From positions 73,490-137,489 of the forward strand of contig JADJMG010000010.1 in NCBI GenBank assembly GCA_016709725.1: 64,000 bases of DNA, read 5' to 3'. Below the pieces are notes generated by a model. The model did not search any database. It was not told the DNA's origin and saw nothing but the letters and a program-made list of their open reading frames with translations. Positions 17,903 to 28,308 of the stretch are shown piece by piece (positions within the stretch are counted from its first letter, which is position 1; every line of letters starts with the position of its first letter). Both the position numbers and the translations under genes were made by a program. Origin of the DNA: Bacteroidota bacterium (GTDB taxonomy: Bacteria; Bacteroidota; Bacteroidia; AKYH767-A; OLB10).

Positions 17903-18706
17903 ATGAAAATTTTAATTGTAGGTGGCGGAAATATGGGTTTGACCTATGCTAAAGCTTTTATAAATTCTCACGTAGTAACCCGAAGTCAATTGATGATTCT
18001 GGAAAAAACGTTGAGTAAAACAGACGACCTAAAAAGTTTGAATGTAGGAGAAATTTATAGTGATTCTTCCTTATGTATTTCAAATGCTGATTTGATCATC
18101 TTAGCTGTTAAGCCCCAAGATTTTCCACAGTTGATGGAAAGCATCGTAAAAGATGTTCGACCCAATCAAATATTTTTGAGCATCATGGCAGGAGTTAAAA
18201 TAAGTACCGTCTGTCAAGGATTAAATATTTCGAAGGTAATTCGCGCAATGCCCAACCTTCCAGCTCAAATAGGGCAGGGGATGACCGCATTTACGGCTAC
18301 GGATGCCGTTAGTCGGCACGAGCAAGCGATGGTGCAAAATTTATTGTCAACCACAGGGAAAACATTGTATGTAGAAAAGGAAGAAATGATTGATGCCGTT
18401 ACCGCGGTTTCAGGTTCGGGTCCTGCTTATGTGTATTATTTTATGGATGCGATGGTGAAGGCGGCAATGCAGATGGGTTTTGCGAAGTCGGAAGCGGATT
18501 TATTGGTAATGCAAACTTTTTCTGGCGCTATTTCACTCTATCAGCAATCAGAATTAAGCTGTGATGAATGGATCCAACGAGTAGCTTCGAAAGGAGGAAC
18601 TACCGAAGCAGCCATTGAATCTTTTTCTCAAAATAAGGTAAGTAGTTTAATTGGCGATGGACTTCATAAAGCACAGGATCGCGCTGTGGAGTTAGGAAAA
18701 AATTAA
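17903..18706 (+). CDS. proC: Pyrroline-5-carboxylate reductase
   Basis: 267 aa with an N-terminal Rossmann motif ILIVGGGNMG, plus AVKPQ, RAMPN and the C-terminal SKGGTTEAA. Confidence 0.9.
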   Translation: MKILIVGGGNMGLTYAKAFINSHVVTRSQLMILEKTLSKTDDLKSLNVGEIYSDSSLCISNADLIILAVKPQDFPQLMESIVKDVRPNQIFLSIMAGVKISTVCQGLNISKVIRAMPNLPAQIGQGMTAFTATDAVSRHEQAMVQNLLSTTGKTLYVEKEEMIDAVTAVSGSGPAYVYYFMDAMVKAAMQMGFAKSEADLLVMQTFSGAISLYQQSELSCDEWIQRVASKGGTTEAAIESFSQNKVSSLIGDGLHKAQDRAVELGKN

Positions 18707-18796
18707 TTTTCCTTCGACAGATTATTAAAATTATCTTGTAAAAGATTAATTCATGTTATTTTAATGCTTTTAGGAGTATAAAGATTCATTTTAAAC

Positions 18797-18967
18797 CTGC
18801 CTGCAGCAGGCAGGCACTAGAGAAAAAGAAGGGCACTAGAGTGCACAATAGAATAATTTAAGTGTACAATTTCCCGCGCCCTTCCGGGGGGGTCTAGTAA
18901 TTAAAATTTTTGTTTCAGTAGTGTTTGCCTAGTGATCTTTAGTGCTTCAAGTGCATGTATGCTGCAG
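18797..18967. repeat. Palindrome-rich MITE-like intergenic block (element X)
   Basis: Starts with CCTGCCTGCAGCAGGCAGG (9-bp arms around one centre base). Then CACTAGAG ... GGCACTAGAGTGCAC on the left and AGTGATCTTTAGTGCTTCAAGTGCAT on the right, roughly inverted. It shares these modules with 57201..57351. Confidence 0.55.
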
Positions 18968-19099
18968 TAAAGATAAAAAATTACTTATAATACGTTGAAT
19001 AATTTTTACCTAAAATTCCCTGAAGCTTGCAGCCAAAAGCTAGCAGCCCAACCATTTTCCGAAGCGTAAATTATTTATTATTGAAAAATTCCTAACTAA

Positions 19100-20610
19100 T
19101 TATCCTTTCACAGCTTTAAACGCATCTGCAAAAAATGAAATAATGTCACCTGATGTCATACTGTTTGGATGTGTTTTTTGAGCGCAAAAATCTCCTGCTA
19201 ATCCATGCAAATACGCACCGCATAATGCTGCTTTGAGAGGAGATAATCCTTGCGCTAATAGTCCAGTGATTAATCCTGTAAGCACATCTCCCGAACCACC
19301 TTTTGCCATTCCATGATTTCCCGTTGGATTAAAAAACAATTGACCATCGGGACAAGCGAGTGCTGAATATTTTCCTTTTAACAAAATATAGCAATTGTAT
19401 TTTTTCGCCATCTCCAATTGCTTCTTGGTACGCTCAAATGGATCCGCAATTTTGCCAGCTAAACGATTAAACTCTCCAAGATGTGGAGTAAGAATACATC
19501 CTGCAGGAAGAAAGTTGAGCCAAGTGGGATTATCAGCTAAATGGTTGAGCGCATCCGCATCCAACACCATCGGCGATTTATAATCTTGAATCAATCGCTT
19601 TAATACATTTCCACTTTGATGGTCCATTCCAATCCCCGGACCCACACCAATGGCACTGTAGCTTTCAGGCTTCACAATCTCCGTTAAGTAGTGTGCGTGT
19701 TCGTCGGCATTGCACATCGCTTCAGGAGCGGCGATTTGTATGGGTAAAGCGCATTCTTTAGGTGTTCTCACCGTGACTAACCCAACACCACTGCGCAAAC
19801 AACTTTGTGTAGATAGCAAGGCTGCGCCTGATTTCCCAGTACTCCCTACTAACAGTAACGCATGTCCGAAAGTTCCCTTATGTCCAAAGGATGGTCGGGA
19901 GCCCAGCATTGAATTAATATTAGCATCCGTTGGAATTTGAGCGATCGCAGCTGTTTTTCGCTCAAAATCTTTGTTTAAATGGATATCAAGTATTTCTATA
20001 TTTCCAGTGAGATGGGCATATTCAGGATAGAAAAATGCCTGTTTAGCATAGGAGAATGTTAAAGTGTGATGTGCCGCCACTACATTTTTTATTGCTTCGG
20101 TTACTTGATCACAAAAGAGACCACTCGGCACATCGATTGAAATAATTTTACATGGTGAAGAGTTTATTTCTTGAATAATTTCTGCAACCGGTGATTCGAC
20201 AGCTCTTGTGAGACCAGTTCCAAACAGTGCATCAATTATAATCGTTGAAGATGTGAAATCAGGAATGGATTTGGAATCGGAAAGGAGGATGGTGGAATTT
20301 CCAGGAATCGATTTCCATGCTTTTAAATTTTGTGTAAAACACTCCGATTCATTTCCGGTTCCTTCGACAAGGTAAACATCAATATTTTTCCCTCTACTAA
20401 AAAGTTGTCTCGCTATGGCTAACCCATCTCCACCATTGTTTCCTTTGCCACAAAAATGGCGAATGAAACTCCAGGCGGAATATTTTCGAGGATCCATGAT
20501 GTGCAGCATGCAGCAGCACGTTCCATCAAATTAATTTCAGAAATATTTTCTTGACGAAGCGTTGCTTCATCAGCTTGTCGAATTTGCTCCGCTGAAAAGA
20601 CTTTTATCAC
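19100..20610 (-). pseudogene. nnr: Bifunctional NAD(P)H-hydrate repair enzyme (epimerase + ADP-dependent dehydratase), frame-broken in the N-terminal domain
   Basis: The N-terminal 63-aa ORF (..LMERAAA..SFAIF) and the 469-aa ORF (..FCGKGNNGGDGLAIAR.. and the C-terminal carbohydrate-kinase-like GSGDVLTG) are in different frames. Adding 1 nt to the A5 run at 20452..20456 restores SFAIFCGKGNNGGDG. Confidence 0.85.
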
Positions 20611-21551
20611 TCTGATAAAGTATAAACTTGTACATTCTTTAACTCTGGTGTTGTTTTTAAATCTTCACCAATTCCGTGAATCGTGTACACTACTTTAGCT
20701 TCACTTTCTAAAATTGTTTTTATTAGCGAAGGCCAATCGGCGTGATCACTCACATAAAAAGGAAAATCGAATCGTGCATGTTTTTCGTCCCAACCCGTTG
20801 CGAAGGCTCTTAAAAAATGTGTACCCGGACGAAAGTTTAATAATACAGGAGGAGGTACTAAATAAATGATCCCTTTTTCGTTTTTAAATTGTTCACGTTT
20901 GTAAGGTTCCCACTTTCCTAAATCAAAACCCATGCTTTCATATATTTTATGATAAGCAATCATCTTTGGATGAATCATCACACGCAGATGCGGATGTATG
21001 TCGTTGATGAGTCGAGTGAGGCGTTGCGATTTTCCTAGATTATAAGCGCCCAACATTAAATTTACGTCTTTATATTCAGATAGCGCAGCCACACTTTTTT
21101 CAGCAGGGGGATGAATTTTATTTTCTTTTCCGAAAGTAACTTCAGTGATTAGCACATCGCATTTTACAATTTCAAAAGGCTCACAGCTTTTATCTAATTC
21201 ACGCTTATAATCTCCTGTGTAAACATGCGTGATACCATCTTTCACCCATTTGATTTGTGATGAACCTAGCATATGTCCAGCCCCATGTAAGGAAAAAGGA
21301 ATATTTTGGATCGTAAAAGTTTCACCAAACGAAATAATGTTGATGGTTTTAGCAGCGTACTTAAAACGTGATTTAATTAATGCTGCAGTCCCTTCACTAC
21401 AATAAACCGTTTCATGACCTTCTACGGCATGGTCACCGTGTGCGTGACTAATAATGGCACAAGAAACGGGTTCTTTGGGGTCAATAAAAATATTGGTTTC
21501 AGGAATTCGAAAACCTTTTGTTGAAGTATCAAGAGGAGGCGTTATGTTCAC
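20607..21551 (-). CDS. MBL-fold metallo-hydrolase, ligase-associated DNA damage response exonuclease-like
   Basis: 314 aa with HAHGDHA, GAGHMLGSSQI, TGDYKRELDKSCEPFE, ITEVTFG, LGKSQR and SDHADW. This motif order matches my recollection of the beta-CASP-like ligase-associated exonuclease family. Confidence 0.65.
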   Translation of the reverse strand: MNITPPLDTSTKGFRIPETNIFIDPKEPVSCAIISHAHGDHAVEGHETVYCSEGTAALIKSRFKYAAKTINIISFGETFTIQNIPFSLHGAGHMLGSSQIKWVKDGITHVYTGDYKRELDKSCEPFEIVKCDVLITEVTFGKENKIHPPAEKSVAALSEYKDVNLMLGAYNLGKSQRLTRLINDIHPHLRVMIHPKMIAYHKIYESMGFDLGKWEPYKREQFKNEKGIIYLVPPPVLLNFRPGTHFLRAFATGWDEKHARFDFPFYVSDHADWPSLIKTILESEAKVVYTIHGIGEDLKTTPELKNVQVYTLSE

Positions 21552-22137
21552 TTTGCGATATTAAAAGTTCATGCAGATGCAATACCTGAGGAATCAGAAA
21601 TTGTTTTTCATTGTTTTGGATGATAAAGCTAGTAAATTTTCGCTTCTTTTCCATAGGCCATTGCCTGGATATGATCGATTGAACTTCTGTTTCGCTACGT
21701 TTGTCTCTCTGTATCACCCGTTTAATACGCAATTCATCAGGAGCGTCAATCAAAATAATAACATCTAAATCTTTGTAAGTTCCCGATTCAAGCATGATTG
21801 CGGCTTCCCGGATAGAGTAGGGTGCCTTTGGAATTTGTAATAGCCAATTTTCATAATCGGTTAAAACAAAGGGGTGCACCAATTGATTAAGTTGGTTTAA
21901 ATCTTCTTCGTTATTAAAAACTCTTTGCGCCAAATAGGTACGATTTAATACCCCATCAGCTCCAAAAGTGTCGTCTCCAAAATGATCGATGAGTTGATTT
22001 TTTAAGACTGCATCTTCAGCCATCAACCGTTTTGCACTTCTATCGGCATCGAATACAGAAATGCCTAATGCTTGAAAAATTTTGCAAACTGTGGTTTTTC
22101 CCGACCCGATTCCTCCTGTAATTCCAACGCGTAGCAT
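21529..22137 (-). CDS. coaE: Dephospho-CoA kinase
   Basis: 202 aa with P-loop GITGGIGSGKTTV and a typical CoaE length and layout. Confidence 0.9.
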   Translation of the reverse strand: MLRVGITGGIGSGKTTVCKIFQALGISVFDADRSAKRLMAEDAVLKNQLIDHFGDDTFGADGVLNRTYLAQRVFNNEEDLNQLNQLVHPFVLTDYENWLLQIPKAPYSIREAAIMLESGTYKDLDVIILIDAPDELRIKRVIQRDKRSETEVQSIISRQWPMEKKRKFTSFIIQNNEKQFLIPQVLHLHELLISQSEHNASS

Positions 22138-22138
22138 C

Positions 22139-23071
22139 TTAATCGAAAGATTTTGTGAGTTTGTTTACATGTTGGGGCTCAACCATCACTCTGCTCGCCC
22201 AATAGGGAGCATGAAGTACTTCAATGAAAGCTTTATCATCGCTGCCAGTACCTTTCATTTGCACCACTTTAAACTGTTTGTGGTGGGTTTGGTTGTATTT
22301 GCTCATTGGCACCATACAAGTTACCTGAACAGACGAAGGAATGAATAATTCTCCATATTTTGTCTGAATAGGGACGTCTAATTCTATTTCTGTGCCTTCT
22401 TCAACAGGTACCATTAACCAAACATTGTTTTGCAATAATCGATAGGTTTCGAAAGGCTTTTTCAATTTGACTTTCTTAAAAATTGAATGAGAAACATTTT
22501 TTTCTGTGACCGTTTCTGCATAAATATCGGTAACACTCGGTGGAATTTTGTTATTGGAATAAACCCAAACGCTATCGGGGTAATATATTGATGGACTTGA
22601 TTGAATAAAGGGAGTTTGAAAACTAAGTTTAAAGTTTCCTTTTACAGCCAGTTTTTTAGAGTAAAATTTAACTCCTGAAAAAATAAGTTGAGCCGGTTTT
22701 ATTTCTGAGATGGTAATTTCCTTTGAAAAATCATATAGTAAGGAAGAAATAGCGTCTTTGGATGAAATAACGGTATCCTTGGTTCTTGAGTTAAGGTAAG
22801 GTGTTTGGATGGAAAAATTACGTGCGGCATTATGAAAGCTCCAGAGAGAAAATCCCCTTCCTTTTACATCAATATGAATGGATGGAGGAAGGGGATGTGT
22901 GCTATTTTTAGAGATCTCTTTGTCGTAAATGATCGGAATGATTACTGAAGTGCTATGTACATTATTCAACGCATTAATCACCCAAATAAAGGCTGCCAAC
23001 AAAACGCAAAGTGTAAAACTGACCCCTTGCCGGTTGGTTTTTGAAATGATTTTTTGAGCTAATTTTTTCAT
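22139..23071 (-). CDS. Membrane-anchored hypothetical protein (YbbR-like by position)
   Basis: 310 aa with one N-terminal transmembrane segment. It sits between yajC and coaE, where Bacteroidota usually encode a YbbR-like protein. No diagnostic motif read directly. Confidence 0.45.
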   Translation of the reverse strand: MKKLAQKIISKTNRQGVSFTLCVLLAAFIWVINALNNVHSTSVIIPIIYDKEISKNSTHPLPPSIHIDVKGRGFSLWSFHNAARNFSIQTPYLNSRTKDTVISSKDAISSLLYDFSKEITISEIKPAQLIFSGVKFYSKKLAVKGNFKLSFQTPFIQSSPSIYYPDSVWVYSNNKIPPSVTDIYAETVTEKNVSHSIFKKVKLKKPFETYRLLQNNVWLMVPVEEGTEIELDVPIQTKYGELFIPSSVQVTCMVPMSKYNQTHHKQFKVVQMKGTGSDDKAFIEVLHAPYWASRVMVEPQHVNKLTKSFD

Positions 23072-23168
23072 CCTCTTTCAGTGGGTACTAAATTCCTACG
23101 TAGTTTATGAACGAAGTACTGCTCCGGTTACAACCTAAGTAGTACTGAAAGAAATCATTAATAAAGAA

Positions 23169-23495
23169 TTACTTCTTTACTTCCGCTGTTGGCGCATATT
23201 GCTTGGTCACATCTGCAGAAATCGCCGACTTCTCAATCTTTACTTTGATATCATCTGCAATTTCCAGAATAAAAGTTTTTTCTTGAACTTCAATAATCTT
23301 ACCATGTACACCGCCAATGGTTACAACCTTGTCGCCTTTCTTGATACTTTCTTTAAATTGCTTTTCCAATTTCGTTTTTTTCATCTGAGGACGAATCATG
23401 AAAAAATAGAATACAACGATGATCATTAATATCATCATCATTTGTTGCATAGCACCGCCGCCAGCCGCTTGTAGTAGAATAGATAATGTACTCAT
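23169..23495 (-). CDS. yajC: Preprotein translocase subunit YajC
   Basis: 108 aa with a single transmembrane segment followed by FFMIRPQMKK...GDKVVTIGGVHGKI, the YajC signature. Confidence 0.85.
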   Translation of the reverse strand: MSTLSILLQAAGGGAMQQMMMILMIIVVFYFFMIRPQMKKTKLEKQFKESIKKGDKVVTIGGVHGKIIEVQEKTFILEIADDIKVKIEKSAISADVTKQYAPTAEVKK

Positions 23496-23541
23496 AAATT
23501 AGAATTTATATTTTGGAATTGATTTAATAATTGTTTGAATT

Positions 23542-24015
23542 TTATTTTTCTTTCACCGCTAAAACTTCGCCGCTAATGGTTAAAATTTTAGTGGTGGGCA
23601 CTGTGTTTGCTAAAATGGTAATGTCTTTTATCACTTGTCCTGCAATGCCTTTACTTCTAAAGGTTACTTTAATTTCACCTTCATCTCCAGGATGTACTGG
23701 ATTTTGTGTGTATTCGGGTTGCGTACATCCGCACGATCCTTTCACTTGGGAAATGATCAAATCTGCATCGCCACCGTTTTTAAATTTGAAAACATGAACC
23801 ACTTCATCACCTGAATTGATCGTGCCAAAATCGAAATTGCTTTCTTCAAAAGAAAACTTTGCCACTTTTGATTTAACTTCTTCTCCAGAAGCGGTTGCAT
23901 CGATGTTGACAATTGTTGGATCAACTTGTTCTTGGTTTTTTTTAGAATTGTTTTCTCCGCATGAAGTGATTAATATGCTTACTGCGAAAACAAAAAATAA
24001 ATGATTTTTTTTCAT
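23542..24015 (-). CDS. DUF1573 domain-containing lipoprotein
   Basis: Start chosen at MKKNHLFFVFAVSILITSC (lipobox), just after the nusB stop. F.FGTI..G..V.H.F.F.N.G...L.I..V..SCGCT is the DUF1573 pattern. Confidence 0.75.
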   Translation of the reverse strand: MKKNHLFFVFAVSILITSCGENNSKKNQEQVDPTIVNIDATASGEEVKSKVAKFSFEESNFDFGTINSGDEVVHVFKFKNGGDADLIISQVKGSCGCTQPEYTQNPVHPGDEGEIKVTFRSKGIAGQVIKDITILANTVPTTKILTISGEVLAVKEK

Positions 24016-24022
24016 GTTTGTT

Positions 24023-24961
24023 CTATTCTTTGAGTCCTCTTCCAATTTTTTGAATTTTGCCTTCTTTCTTTAATTCAATAACAAGTTTGTCAATCACACC
24101 GTTGATGAAGGATTTACTATTTGGTGTGCTGTAATCTTTTGAGATGTCAATGTATTCGTTGATGCTAACCTTAACGGGAATGGTGCTCAAATTCATGATT
24201 TCACAGAGTGCCATTTTCATCAAAATAATGTCGACCATTGCAATTCGTTCCGCGTCCCAGTTCTTCGTTTTGTCAGCAATAAGTTGATGAAAATAACTGT
24301 CGTCACGAATGGTTTTCTGAACTAAATCTTGCATGAACAGCACATCATCTTCTGCATCTTTATAGAGCGGTAGTAGATGATAGTTATTGGTTCCTTTTCC
24401 GTTTTCGCAGGTCTTTATTACGATGCCTTCAACCAATTCGATGCTCTCAGCCCAATAAATATTTTTCTCTTCTAGCACATGAGGAATGAATTCGGTTTTG
24501 GAAAAAAATTCTTTCATGATCCATTTTAAAGCAGTCACTTCCTCATCAGCGGTGTGACTTTCCGATTGTACAAAAGTTTTATACGCCTCTTGATTTTTTA
24601 AATGATGAAAAGCTTTTTTGACGGAATCATTATCTTGTTGCCAAGTAATTTTCTTCTTCTTGATTAAATCATTAAAGGTCTTGTCGTTTTCGAGCCACTG
24701 AATAAATGCTAAACTTTTTAAAGTATAAGCCGCTGTTTTTCGAATTCCTGTCACCATGGATGCAGGAGTGTCTTTGTAATACATTTCCTCTTGATGGGCT
24801 AACTCCAATAAAAATTGAAGTTGGGTCAAGTAGAGTTCATAAATCTTATCCGTTCCGTTCAACAGTTCTTGTTCTGTGCGACGGATGTCTTTCGGTTCTG
24901 ATTGGTAAAAGGCATATAATGCCTGCATAACACGTATGCGAAGATGCCTTCTGCTTAACAT
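24023..24961 (-). CDS. nusB: Transcription antitermination factor NusB (long Bacteroidota form)
   Basis: 312 aa with an N-terminal LSRRHLRIRVMQALYAF. The C-terminal NusB core has WDAERIAMVD..ILMKMALCE and FINGVIDKL. Confidence 0.85.
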   Translation of the reverse strand: MLSRRHLRIRVMQALYAFYQSEPKDIRRTEQELLNGTDKIYELYLTQLQFLLELAHQEEMYYKDTPASMVTGIRKTAAYTLKSLAFIQWLENDKTFNDLIKKKKITWQQDNDSVKKAFHHLKNQEAYKTFVQSESHTADEEVTALKWIMKEFFSKTEFIPHVLEEKNIYWAESIELVEGIVIKTCENGKGTNNYHLLPLYKDAEDDVLFMQDLVQKTIRDDSYFHQLIADKTKNWDAERIAMVDIILMKMALCEIMNLSTIPVKVSINEYIDISKDYSTPNSKSFINGVIDKLVIELKKEGKIQKIGRGLKE

Positions 24962-25013
24962 GGATTTTTTTAAGAACGTTAATGGTTATTCAATTCGGCA
25001 GGATGCCGGTTGA

Positions 25014-26123
25014 TTACATATTCGATTTTACTTTACTTATATCAGAAATTCTTTTCTCTGCAAGTTTAGTAGCTGCTAATTGAGTATAAATTCCTTCTGC
25101 ACGTGCATTCTTAAGGATTTCTAATGTCACCGAATAAATATGCTCCGTTTGTGTTAAAGCACGTTGACGGTTGTAGCTAATTAATTCAGAATACACATTA
25201 ATTAATCCACCTGCATTAATTAAAAAATCGGGAGCATAAATGATTCCTTTTTCCATCAACATGGGTCCATGAATCGTTTCATCGGCTAGCTGATTATTGG
25301 CAGCACCTGAAATTACTTGACAACGTAATTTATTGATGTTTTCTGTATTTAAGGTAGCACCTAATGCACAAGGAGCATAAATATCCATGTCCATGTCGTA
25401 AACAGCGTCCGGACGAATTACTTCAGCTCCATATTCTAAACTTACCTTTTTTAATTGCTCTTCATTAATGTCAGTGATGTAAACAATCGCATTTTCTTTG
25501 CGTAAATTTTTTACCAAATTTTCACCTACGTGTCCAACACCTTGAACCACCACTTTCTTTCCACTTAAGTTATCATTTCCCCAAGCGAATTGAGCCGCAG
25601 CTTTCATTCCCATATAAACCCCATATGCAGTCACAGGAGAAGGATCTCCACCACCACCCATCGATTCTGGTAAACCAGTAACATGTTTGGTTTCCATGGC
25701 CACGTATTCCATGTCCTTGGTGCTGGTGCCCACATCTTCAGCGGTAATGTATTTTCCGTTTAAGTTATTTACAAAACGACCGAATTTACGAAACAGCGCT
25801 TCTGATTTGTCCTTCTTACTATCACCAATGATGACTGCTTTTCCACCACCTAGATTTAATCCAGAGATAGCAGCTTTATAGGTCATTCCACGAGATAATC
25901 TTAAAACATCGTTCACCGCTTCCGCTTCCGACTTATAACTCCACATCCGAGTTCCGCCTAAGGCTGGTCCTAATACCGTATTATGAATCGCAATGATGGC
26001 TCTCAATCCAGTGTCAGGATCATTACAAAACACCACTTGTTCATGGTTGCTCTCCGAAATACTTTCGAAAACATTCGTATTAACCTGTGCCATCGCAGGC
26101 TTCTTTTCTTTCACATCAATCAT
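25014..26123 (-). CDS. Leucine/valine (Glu/Leu/Phe/Val family) dehydrogenase
   Basis: 369 aa with GPALGGTRMW, catalytic-Lys context LNLGGGKAVI and NAD-binding VVQGVGHVG. The start could instead be the internal MAQVN. Confidence 0.9.
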   Translation of the reverse strand: MIDVKEKKPAMAQVNTNVFESISESNHEQVVFCNDPDTGLRAIIAIHNTVLGPALGGTRMWSYKSEAEAVNDVLRLSRGMTYKAAISGLNLGGGKAVIIGDSKKDKSEALFRKFGRFVNNLNGKYITAEDVGTSTKDMEYVAMETKHVTGLPESMGGGGDPSPVTAYGVYMGMKAAAQFAWGNDNLSGKKVVVQGVGHVGENLVKNLRKENAIVYITDINEEQLKKVSLEYGAEVIRPDAVYDMDMDIYAPCALGATLNTENINKLRCQVISGAANNQLADETIHGPMLMEKGIIYAPDFLINAGGLINVYSELISYNRQRALTQTEHIYSVTLEILKNARAEGIYTQLAATKLAEKRISDISKVKSNM

Positions 26124-26202
26124 GTACAGGAGTTGTTATTGGGTGTGCAAAGTTATGTCTTTTTGTAAAATAAATACCTACTAAATGCCTTTATGCTAAT
26201 GG

Positions 26203-28068
26203 ATGTTATGTCTATTTTTACCGATGGTATTCTATAGAGAAGCCATATTATTTACCAAACAACAGAGTGTGAAAGAATTAAGTGCTTTAAATAAGTATTT
26301 TGTAAAGTATAAAGGACACCTTTTGTGTGGAATTTTATTTGTGACGATCTCGAATCTCTTTGGAATTTTTCCAGCCCAGCTCACGCGCAATGCTTTAGAT
26401 GTAGTACTCAGTAATATAGATACTTATCGCCTTTTTGATGGATTTAACTCCCAGACAGGAGTTTACAAAATGCTGATGTTCAATATATTTATTTTTGGCG
26501 TGTTGGTGCTTTCCATGGCCTTGATGAAGGGTTTATTTATGTTTTTTATGCGCCAAACCATCATTGTCATGTCAAGACACGTTGAATATGACTTAAAAAA
26601 TGAAATTTATAGTCAGTATCAAAAATTGGGACTTGATTTTTATAATCGCAATAATACCGGCGATTTGATGAACCGAATTAGTGAAGATGTAGGTCGTGTA
26701 AGAATGTATGTTGGTCCAGCCATCATGTATTCTATTAATATGATCGTATTGTTTGTATTGGTTATTTGGGCGATGTACAGTGTAAATCCTCGACTAGCAA
26801 CGTATGTGTTGTTGCCTTTGCCCATTTTGACCTATTTGGTTTATTATGTTCACGATCGAATTAATAAAAAGAGTGAAAGGGTGCAGGGACAACTATCGGT
26901 TTTATCCACCTTTTTGCAAGAAACTTTCTCGGGTATCCGTTTGATCAAAGCGTACGCTCGAGAGAAAGATTATCAAGAATATTATCAAGAGCAGACTTCA
27001 TTATACCATCGTTTTTCGATGGATCTGGTTAAGATTAATGCTTTTTTTATGCCCACGATGGTTTTATTGGTGGGGTTAAGTACTATACTCACTGTTTATA
27101 TTGGATCGTTGGAGGTAATTGCTGGCCGACTTACAGTTGGTAACATCGCTGAATTTGTCATTTATGTAACCATGTTGACATGGCCCGTTGCTTCTTTAGG
27201 ATGGGTAGTTACCATCATTCAAAGAGCCGCTGCATCACAACAGCGAATCAACGAATTTCTAAAAGAAATCCCTTCCATTCAACCAGGCAATATTCAATGT
27301 AAGGAATTAAAAGGCGAGATTGAGTTGACTCATGTTACCTTTCGGTACGAAAAAAATCGTCAACCTGCATTGAATGATGTGTCGATAAAAATTCCTGCAG
27401 GATCATCTTTAGGAATCATCGGCAAAACAGGTTCTGGGAAATCAACATTGGTGAATGTGCTATTACGATTGGTGGATGTGAATGAAGGTGTGGTAAAGGT
27501 AGATGGTATTGAAATTAAAAATTATGATACCGATCAATATCGAAAGAGAATTGGTTGTGTACCGCAGGACGTTTTTTTATTTTCAGATACCATCGAAGAA
27601 AATATTGCATTTGGAATTGATACGCCCTATCCAGAAGGCGCCATTGTGGAAGCTGCAAAAAATGCGGATTTGTATAAAAATATTATGGAGTTTCCATTGC
27701 AATTTAAAACGATGGTAGGGGAGCGAGGCATTACATTATCGGGTGGACAGAAGCAGCGACTCTCCATTGCAAGAGCCATCATTCGCAATCCCGACATTCT
27801 CATTTTTGATGATTGTTTGTCGGCGGTAGATACAATTACAGAGGAGAAAATCTTAACCAATCTTTCTTCCATCATGAAAAATAAAACCACTCTTTTTGTC
27901 AGTCATCGTGTGGCAACTGTGAAGTCGTGCGATCAAATAATTGTTTTAGAGGAAGGAAAAATAGTTGAGTTAGGGACGCATGACTCACTATTAGCAAACG
28001 ATGGATTTTATCGACATCTCTTTGAATCACAATTGATGGAAGATGAAATCAAAGACTCTAAATTGTAA
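26203..28068 (+). CDS. ABC transporter, fused permease/ATP-binding exporter (MsbA/MdlB-like)
   Basis: Six-TM exporter domain, then Walker A GKTGSGKST, signature LSGGQKQR and Walker B ILIFDD. The true start may be the GTG at 26269 (VKELSALNKYF). Confidence 0.9.
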   Translation: MLCLFLPMVFYREAILFTKQQSVKELSALNKYFVKYKGHLLCGILFVTISNLFGIFPAQLTRNALDVVLSNIDTYRLFDGFNSQTGVYKMLMFNIFIFGVLVLSMALMKGLFMFFMRQTIIVMSRHVEYDLKNEIYSQYQKLGLDFYNRNNTGDLMNRISEDVGRVRMYVGPAIMYSINMIVLFVLVIWAMYSVNPRLATYVLLPLPILTYLVYYVHDRINKKSERVQGQLSVLSTFLQETFSGIRLIKAYAREKDYQEYYQEQTSLYHRFSMDLVKINAFFMPTMVLLVGLSTILTVYIGSLEVIAGRLTVGNIAEFVIYVTMLTWPVASLGWVVTIIQRAAASQQRINEFLKEIPSIQPGNIQCKELKGEIELTHVTFRYEKNRQPALNDVSIKIPAGSSLGIIGKTGSGKSTLVNVLLRLVDVNEGVVKVDGIEIKNYDTDQYRKRIGCVPQDVFLFSDTIEENIAFGIDTPYPEGAIVEAAKNADLYKNIMEFPLQFKTMVGERGITLSGGQKQRLSIARAIIRNPDILIFDDCLSAVDTITEEKILTNLSSIMKNKTTLFVSHRVATVKSCDQIIVLEEGKIVELGTHDSLLANDGFYRHLFESQLMEDEIKDSKL

Positions 28069-28308
28069 ACCAATTATGAGGAAAAGTATTCTTTTTAAAT
28101 TACTTCGTTATTCATTAGTTGTGCCACTTGCTAAGCAGTAATATCATCAAAATCAATAGTATATTTTTGTTTGCCGCATAGTTTGTGACTTGTACTTTAA
28201 ATTTAATGTACGTGGTGTAAAGTCCAAATCAGTAAAATAATGAAATTCTAAACATTAATTTTTTTTGTTCAACTATTTTTAATTAATCTTGCTTCTTGTT
28301 AGCAAACA

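Noticed and set aside
20440-20470. Programmed ribosomal frameshift in nnr and the other split genes
   Set aside because: I saw no slippery heptamer plus downstream structure. These gene families are not known to use frameshifting. All breaks are simple homopolymer length changes, including +1 and -1 changes within a single gene.
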